Of a stretch of 64,000 nt of DNA, positions 54,796 to 64,000 are shown piece by piece. Made by a program: the position numbers and the translations under genes. Below the pieces are notes generated by a model. That model was not told where the DNA came from. It saw only the letters and a program-made list of their open reading frames with translations, and did not search any database. Within the stretch, counting starts at the first letter, position 1, and every line of letters starts with the position of its first letter. The DNA is from Eledone cirrhosa (taxonomy: Eukaryota), in contig OZ024742.1 of NCBI GenBank assembly GCA_964016885.1, positions 252,650,001 through 252,714,000 of the forward strand. The letters run 5' to 3'.

Positions 54796-55179
54796 CAGAA
54801 ATAATGAAGTATATTTATTGATAATAACAACAATTCAAAATATCAGTTCAAAATTGACCAATGAAAACACAAAGGGTTAAAAGCAGTTTGGTGTGTGTAT
54901 ATACATGTAAAATCCTTACACATATTTTACAATAATGTGTGTATAATTTGTATGCGCATACTAAAAAGATGGATGCAAACACAAAATTTCAAGGTTAATA
55001 TCTCTGTAAGCTTAATGCGCTGATAAGATGCGCATTGATACTTATGGAGTCAAGCATATAAATATATTTTTTCATACTCACACATATCAGTATAATCACA
55101 CATACATGCGCGTATATGCATAAATATACACATAACCACGAACATACAAACACACACACTATGTATATATATATGTATA

Positions 55180-55211
<32 letters not shown>

Positions 55212-55306
55212 CATGTGGGTGTTTGTATGTGTATTTATGGTGGTATGAGTGTGTGGATATATATGTTTTATATATATATGTGTGTATATATATATATATG
55301 TTTCTA

Positions 55307-55349
<43 letters not shown>

Positions 55350-55691
55350 GTATGTGTATGTGTATGTATATGTGTGTGTATGTATATATATGTGTGTGTA
55401 TGTATGTGTGTATATATATATATATCTCTATTAATGCGTGTGTGTATGTATATACATATGCGTTTTTTTATTATTATTTTCATTTGTATGTCTGAGTTTG
55501 GTGAGGTGGTATTGTTTTTTATGTGTATACACATATATGGAAGCGTATGTATTTATTTATATGAGTATAAGTAGGTGCATATGTATGTATGATTATATAT
55601 CTAATTCTATGTATGAAGGTACATCTATATATATATATATATGTACGTGTGTATGTAAGTTGTGTGTGTATGTATCTTTATGTCTATGTGA

Positions 55692-55757
<66 letters not shown>

Positions 55758-55846
55758 CGATGTACGTATATGTATGTACATGTATGTACATGTATGTGTA
55801 TATGTATGTGTATGTATATTTAGATGTATGTGTATGTATGTGTATA

Positions 55847-55895
<49 letters not shown>

Positions 55896-56717
55896 ATATA
55901 TATATATATATGGATATATATCTTTATTATCTATTTTTTATATATATGTGTATGTGTGTATGTGTTGCGCGTGTGTGTGTGTGTATATATATCTTTTTAT
56001 ATGTGTATGTGTATGTTCGTGTAAGTGTATGTGTGTGTATGACTGTATATGTATGTGTGTATGTGTGTATGCGTAAATATCTCTATGTGCGCGTACATGT
56101 ATGTATGTGTATGTATATCTGTATGTGTATGTACATTATATTATATTTATTATATTTTATTGTTTTTATTTTTTTATTTTTCTTAATTTATAGATACATT
56201 TATATTAGGCAGTCTGCTCAGACAATCTAATACTGACCCCTCCCCCCCCCTCCCACCTAATTTCTGTATCTTGATCTTGAAATGTGTGTGCCAGTGTTTT
56301 ATGTGAGTGACTTAATTTCTATGTGCTTATGATTTTATATCCACATCTATAAATGTGAGTGGGGGAGTGTGTGTGTTTGTATGTTCGTGGTTATGTGTAT
56401 ATTTATGCATATACGCGCATGTATGTGTGATTATACTGATATGTGTGAGTATGAAAAAATATATTTATATGCTTGACTCCATAAGTATCAATGCGCATCT
56501 TATCAGCGCATTAAGCTTACAGAGATATTAACCTTGAAATTTTGTGTTTGCATCCATCTTTTTAGTATGCGCATACAAATTATACACACATTATTGTAAA
56601 ATATGTGTAAGGATTTTACATGTATATACACACACCAAAATGCTTTTAACCCTTTGTGTTTTCATTGGTCAATTTTGAACTGATATTTTGAATTGTTGTT
56701 ATTATCAATAAATATAC

Positions 56718-56872
56718 TTCATTATTTCTGAAGACGGCGTATATATGTGTTAGGTATGTATATTTAATCTTGATAATTTGTATAATTTTGTATAATTTTG
56801 TACATAGATCTGTTGAATATGCATACCAATTATAACACATATATACCCTAGAAACGATCGTTAAATAGTGAA
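56718..56872 (+). ncRNA. Type I hammerhead with a 116-nt stem II
   Basis: Stem I TTCATTATTT/AAATAGTGAA; CTGAAGA at 56728-56734; stem II GTATATATGTGTTA/TAACACATATATAC plus GGTATGTATATTTAA/TTGAATATGCATACC; GAAA at 56851; palindrome ACGATCGT; GUU triplet at 56860-56862. Confidence 0.82.
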
Positions 56873-57217
56873 CTTTTTTTGTTTAATATAAGGAATTGTT
56901 TGTTCATTATTTATTTAATATTTTATCTTGACTCTGTATACCGTTTATCTTTCACCGAAAGTGGATTTTCATTACATCTCTTCTTTCCATGATATCCGGA
57001 ATACATTGAGTTCTTCATACGGATTGGACACTACCGTAAACTCTTGGTAGATTTATCTACATAATTTTGCTCCTATTTTCACGGAAATATTCGTATTTTT
57101 GTACTGTATGTGTGTATTAATTTTATATTTATGTATAAACATATATATATATGTATGATTTTGTAAACCCATATACATTTAGTTGAGCTCTTTCAATTGT
57201 CCATCATCCATATCACA

Positions 57218-59642
57218 ATGGAAAAACAATATTTAGGAACCTCCTTAAAAAACATACCAATACCTTCTAAGGACGACTTCTTACTCCTTATGATTCAGAA
57301 AACTAATAATTTTATCAGAAGGGTTAGATGGAGAGCCTACCACTTCGATAGAAAATCTAAACAAGCAGATCGGAAATATATGTATGATTTCAATACTTAC
57401 AAGAATCCACCACACAACTTTTTACTTGAAGACTTCGAGAAAGACCTTTTTAATTTAATTAAACACCTCAAATTTAAAAAGTATAAATCCGTCTTTCAAA
57501 AGGACCTTGATTCTACCCTATTGGACCTAAAAAAATCTAAAAAAATCCATGTCCACTCGGACAAAACTGGTAACTTGTATCATATGGATATTGAACATTA
57601 TAATGAGTTCATATATAAAGAACTCAGAAAAAATTATAAAAAATCTAATAATGTGTCACTCACCAACATCAACAACAAAACACACAACATAGTAAAAAAA
57701 CTAAATATTGAAGATAGAACTGAACCTTTGGCATTGAAAAGACCACACTTCAACCTGAAAGATCACAAATCTAACTTTAATTCTAATCCTTCTATTAGAC
57801 TTATATGTCCCTCCAAATCAGATATTGGAATAATTAGCAAAAAAATTTTAGATAGAGTCATCCCACAAATAAGAAAATACGTTATTTTACCACTCTGGGA
57901 AAACACCTCCCAGGTAATTAATTGGTTTAAAAATATTAGGTGTAAATCTTCTGCTTCTTTCCTACAATTTGATATAGATAATTACTATTCTTCTATATCA
58001 CCCATACTCCTGAACAAAGCATTAATATTTGCTAAAAATAGATCTAATTTAACTTCGGATGACATTAACATTATTACACATGCTAGACAAACACTTATTG
58101 AATTTCAGAATGAGTACTGGACCAGAAACACATACAGTAATCTTTTTGATATTACTATGGGTTCAAGCGATTCCGCCCAAATTACTGATCTTGTGGGCCT
58201 CTTTCTCCTTTTCAACATAAATGCCTCTTTTCCCCACCTCAAAGGTGGTTTATATCGTGATGACTGTCTTCTTCTTTCTAACAACCTTAGCCTTTCAGAA
58301 ATCGAAAAAAACAAAAAGCATATTAGAACTTTCCTTAAAGACTATTATAATCTTAATATTACTTTTGAAAAAACAAGTAAAGTAGTAAATTTCCTAGATA
58401 TAACTTTAGATTTAGCTACGGGTATATACCAACCTTACCATAAACCTAACCAAAACTTACATTACATACACTCACAATCTAATCACCCTAAATCTATCCT
58501 TAAAAACCTTGCATATAATATATCACTTAGAATTTCTAACCTTTCTTCTAACCAAGATGTATTTGATAAAAATGCGACCTTTTATAATGAAGCTCTAGAT
58601 AGAAGTGGCCACAAAAATAGATTAGAGTATATACCTTCTACTAAAAATACTGAAAGCATACAGCATAATATTACCAACAAACACCAAATGAAAAGTACAC
58701 ACCTAAATGCCACCCACAATATACCCCAAAATACTAAATCTTCTAATATAAAAAACTACTCATCATACAACTATAATAAATATTAATAATAAAACTCCTA
58801 ATAAAAAAGATAAAACACCTAAATCTACAAATATAACTAAAAATAGTTGTGGTGAGATCATTAACATTAATCCTCCTAGTAAAAATCATGATACAACCTA
58901 TAAAAATAATAAAAATAATAAACAACATAGAAACCGTAATAGACGAGTTACTTGGTATAATGCTCCTTTTAATTTACAAGTTAAGGATAATATTGCTAAA
59001 AAATTTTTTTATATCCTTGAGAAAAACTTCCCGCCAAACCACAAATACCATCAAATCTTAAATAGGTCTACAGTTAAATTCTCATACTCTACAACAAATA
59101 ACATAAAACAAAATATAAGTGCATATAATGCATATAAATGTAAGAAAACCATAAGTATACCACCAGTACATCAAATTAACAATAATATCTCCTCAAATAC
59201 AGAATTAACGAAAGGATGTAACTGTAGAAACAAAACAAACTGCCCATTAAAAGGGAATTGTCTTGTTAACAACATAGTCTATAAATGTAATGTTAAAACT
59301 AAAGATTCTATTTGCTCATATATAGGAGCTACCTCTAACAATTTTAAGACAAGGTTTAATACCCACAAACATAGTTTTAAAAATGCCGCACTGGCTAATA
59401 CAACATCTCTAGCAGAAAAAATCAATAGTTATAAAAATAAAAATATAAAATATGATTTGACCTGGAGTGTGCTCAAAAGAGCCACCCCTTATCAAAATAA
59501 TAGAAAGGAATGTAGATTATGTTCCCAAGAACTATTTGAAATAATGAAGTCTAAGGATATCTTATTAAATAAACGACAGGAATTAATTATATCGTGTAAT
59601 CATAAACTAAAAAAAACATTTAAATATTATAAACCTAATTAA
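57218..59642 (+). CDS. PLE reverse transcriptase + C-terminal GIY-YIG endonuclease (~807 aa once one +1 frameshift is corrected; probably Nematis-like)
   Basis: SLKNIPIPS N-terminus; RT motifs FDIDNYY, ITMGSSDSAQITDLVG, GLYRDDCL, VNFLDITL, YHKPN...SNHP. The +1 frame is open from 58752 to 59642 with TWYNAPF, CNCRNKTNCPLKGNCL, IVYKC..YIGAT, RFNTH and CRLC. Confidence 0.9.
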
Positions 59643-61406
59643 TAACATTATTCTAGAAATTAATTTAATTTAAATGTTAGTTAACCTATAAATTTAATTT
59701 AATTAATATTTTATTACAGATGAGAAAATATTATGTAATCATAAATTGTGAAAAACCTTTAAATGTTACTAATATATACTCAGTAATTTAATTTATAGAT
59801 TAATTTTAATTTATTTAAACCTTTTTATTTTTATTATAATTTTTTTTTATTATAATTCTTTTACAGATAAAATATAACAAAATAATATCATGTATCCAAT
59901 GACGGAGAAAGAATTTTTAGTATTATAGACCTAATTAATATACATTTTGGAAATATATTTATTATTTGGTTTTAGTTTTAATCAACCTAAAACTTTAATT
60001 TTAATTTGCTTAAAATTAGTATCCTTGTACAGACGAATTGCAGAATGTCATGTAATCATAGAATGGGATGTGTTTTGGATATATACCTAGTTAATATATT
60101 CTGTGCAATTTTTTGAAAAAGATATGTATATGTATATGTATATGTATATGTGTGTGTTGTGTATGTGTATCTGTATGTATGTTTATGTGTGTATATATGT
60201 ATATATGTATATATATGTATATATATATATATATATGTGTGTATATGTATGTATATGTGTATGTGTATGTATATGTATATGTATGCGTATTAATTTTGAT
60301 TTTTATTTGCATATAATTATATTATGCTATTGATGAAATACAATATCTGCTTTATGTATTGTATACCTAATTAACATATACTAATTAACGTATACTATTG
60401 AAATAAATATATAATTTTTAATTTAGTTAACATATAATTTATATGCTACTACCGATGTAATACTTTATTTTATTTTTATTTGGGTTTCTTTTCCCTATTA
60501 CTAAATTCATCTCCTAATATTGATACCATAACGTTATTAACTTTAATTTAGTTATAATGTAATTAATAATCTACTACTGTTTGACTTCATAATTCTGCTT
60601 CAAATATTATAAACCTAACTAATTTACACCTTAGAAATCAATATGTTGACTATCTTTGGTTTAGTTAACATATGATTAATGGTATACTTATTTATTTTGA
60701 GATGCATAGATTTCGTATTTCCTAGCACTGAAAATATGTAAGAACATACATTGAATTAAGATACGGAAAATATTATATGTTTCTTGAAACATATATTTAC
60801 TTTGATCCCCTTCTCCAAACCCCCCCTTTCCCCCATACTATTATCATCTGTATTTGTAAGAGTCTATGTATGAATATATGTGTAGGTAGGTGTATATATA
60901 GGTTTTGGTATTTATATCTAAATATAAAAATACATATATGAGCATGCAAATATGAATGTAAGATTGTGTGTGTATATATGATTGTACATACATATGTATG
61001 TATATATATATATATATATGTATTATATATGTATGTGTATGTGAATGTGTTGTATGTATATGTGTATGTATGTGTATATATGTGTATGTATGTGTATGCT
61101 TGTATATATAGGAATATATATATGTGTATATATGTATGTATATGTATATGCGTGTATGTATGTATGTGTATATGTGTTGTGTATATATTTGTATGTCTCT
61201 CTATTTATATGTTTATCTTCGTATCTATGTGATATATGTGTGTGTGTGTGCACGTATGCATATGTATGTGTTTGTGTGTGTTTGTATGTGTGTGTGTATA
61301 TATGTGTGTGTGCGCACACTCACATACACATATATATATATATATATGTGAGTGTGTATGTGTGTCTGTGTGTGTGTGTGTGTGTGTATGTGTGTATATA
61401 TATATG

Positions 61407-61438
<32 letters not shown>

Positions 61439-61928
61439 GATATATATATATATATATATATATATAGGTGTCTATGTGTGAATATACGTCTTTATTCGTA
61501 TGTGTGTATTTATGTATGTATATATTTATGTGTATGTATGTATGTGTATGTATGTATGTATATATATATATATATATATATGTATATGTATATATATATA
61601 TGTATATTATTCTTTATTATTATTGTAATATAACTTATGTGTATATGTGTATAAGTGAGGTTGTGTATGTATATATAATGTGTGTATGTATAAGAGTAAT
61701 GAAATATATATATATATATATATATATGTGCATGTCTGTTTTTTATGTGTGTGTATATATGTATGTGTATGTGTATATATATATGTATATATATATGTAT
61801 ACGTGTGTGTATATAGATATATATATATATATACATGTGGGTGTTTGTATGTGTATTTATGGTGGTATGAGTGTGTGGATATATATGTTTTATATATATA
61901 TGTGTGTATATATATATATATGTTTCTA

Positions 61929-61971
<43 letters not shown>

Positions 61972-62311
61972 GTATGTGTATGTGTATGTATATGTGTGTG
62001 TATGTATATATATGTGTGTGTATGTATGTGTGTATATATATATATCTCTATTAATGCGTGTGTGTATGTATATACATATGCGTTTTTTTATTATTATTTT
62101 CATTTGTATGTCTGAGTTTGGTGAGGTGGTATTGTTTTTTATGTGTATACACATATATGGAAGCGTATGTATTTATTTATATGAGTATAAGTAGGTGCAT
62201 ATGTATGTATGATTATATATCTAATTCTATGTATGAAGGTACATCTATATATATATATATATGTACGTGTGTATGTAAGTTGTGTGTGTATGTATCTTTA
62301 TGTCTATGTGA

Positions 62312-62363
<52 letters not shown>

Positions 62364-62452
62364 CGATGTGCGTATATGTATGTACATGTATGTACATGTA
62401 TGTGTATATGTATGTGTATGTATATTTAGATGTATGTGTATGTATGTGTATA

Positions 62453-62505
<53 letters not shown>

Positions 62506-63326
62506 ATATATATATATATATGGATATATATCTTTATTATCTATTTTTTATATATATGTGTATGTGTGTATGTGTTGCGCGTGTGTGTGTGTGTATATAT
62601 ATCTTTTTATATGTGTATGTGTATGTTCGTGTAAGTGTATGTGTGTGTATGACTGTATATGTATGTGTGTATGTGTGTATGCGTAAATATCTCTATGTGC
62701 GCGTACATGTATGTATGTGTATGTATATCTGTATGTGTATGTACATTATATTATATTTATTATATTTTATTGTTTTTATTTTTTTATTTTTCTTAATTTA
62801 TAGATACATTTATATTAGGCAGTCTGCTCAGACAATCTAATACTGACCCCTCCCCCCCCTCCCACCTAATTTCTGTATCTTGATCTTGAAATGTGTGTGC
62901 CAGTGTTTTATGTGAGTGACTTAATTTCTATGTGCTTATGATTTTATATCCACATCTATAAATGTGAGTGGGGGAGTGTGTGTGTTTGTATGTTCGTGGT
63001 TATGTGTATATTTATGCATATACGCGCATGTATGTGTGATTATACTGATATGTGTGAGTATGAAAAAATATATTTATATGCTTGACTCCATAAGTATCAA
63101 TGCGCATCTTATCAGCGCATTAAGCTTACAGAGATATTAACCTTGAAATTTTGTGTTTGCATCCATCTTTTTAGTATGCGCATACAAATTATACACACAT
63201 TATTGTAAAATATGTGTAAGGATTTTACATGTATATACACACACCAAACTGCTTTTAACCCTTTGTGTTTTCATTGGTCAATTTTGAACTGATATTTTGA
63301 ATTGTTGTTATTATCAATAAATATAC

Positions 63327-63481
63327 TTCATTATTTCTGAAGACGGCGTATATATGTGTTAGGTATGTATATTTAATCTTGATAATTTGTATAATTTTGT
63401 ATAATTTTGTACATAGATCTGTTGAATATGCATACCAATTATAACACATATATACCCTAGAAACGATCGTTAAATAGTGAA
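63327..63481 (+). ncRNA. Type I hammerhead with a 116-nt stem II (3' pseudo-LTR copy)
   Basis: Identical to 56718-56872 at an offset of 6609 nt. Confidence 0.82.
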
Positions 63482-63526
63482 CTTTTTTTGTTTAATATAA
63501 GGAATTGTTTGTTCATTATTTATTTA

Positions 63527-63632
<106 letters not shown>

Positions 63633-63683
63633 GAAAAGTAAGAAATCAGAGAACAGACCGTTAAAACGTGTTTATTTAAAACA

Positions 63684-63723
63684 GCACCTACGTACGTTTC
63701 GCCCAGTTGGGTTTGTCAAGGGC
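63684..63723 (-). ncRNA. Minimal hammerhead, U3-A8 core variant
   Basis: Minus strand: GCCC-TTGACAA-a-CCCA-ac-TGGG-c-GAAA-CGTACG-TA-GGTGC; palindrome ACGTACGT, GUA triplet; about 55 nt from a (TA)n(CA)n array. Confidence 0.68.
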
Positions 63724-64000
63724 ATAAATAACCAAAAGTGTTACATTGCTCGGAAAGTGTTTTTGGGGTTAAGTTCACGTCATAATTCATTCTTCGCAAA
63801 AAAGGCGTGTTTTGATTTTGCAGTAGGTCAAGGGAGGTAACTCTGGCCAGTGTTAGGGCAGTCTTTCCCGGACACATTTTTTATCCGTTACAAGATGTGG
63901 CTACAACCTTACCATTGTTCCTGGGTGCTTTTTTTGCAGCGCCCTCCCGTCGGGGTTTAAAGCTTGTTGCAGGAAGATCCGGTACACGGTTTCACTCCTC

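Noticed and set aside
57218-59642. Telomerase, or a selenoprotein-encoding Naiad-type PLE
   Set aside because: The endonuclease is C-terminal and there are no in-frame TGA codons; the only break is a frameshift.

Overview
AT-rich, repeat-dominated eukaryotic DNA. The SINE and LINE families and the (TA)n/(CA)n load suggest an octopus or related coleoid cephalopod (inference). The only well-supported host gene is the 3' end of SUPV3L1 (SUV3 mitochondrial helicase), with three spliced exons at 917-4314. The rest is RTE-type LINEs, one L1/Tx1 3' fragment, tRNA-derived SINEs, mariner and hAT remnants, very long microsatellites and many Penelope-like element (PLE) insertions. One young PLE (54281-63535) has an RT + GIY-YIG ORF broken by a single frameshift. 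The most interesting signal is non-coding: at least nine sequence families of type I hammerhead ribozyme (HHR) motifs, found by eye, mostly at PLE-type termini next to (TA)n. Several carry a greatly extended stem II (31, 49, 99 and 116 nt; the 99- and 116-nt stems have strand-specific G-U pairs), a non-Watson-Crick 10.1-11.1 position and a palindromic stem III. Others have a U3-A8 or U4C core. An ORF-less ~2.1-kb HHR-bearing unit in PLE-like tandem/inverted arrangement (14711-19128) resembles a retrozyme. All folds were derived by hand and none has been tested. Most ORFs in the supplied track are microsatellite artefacts.
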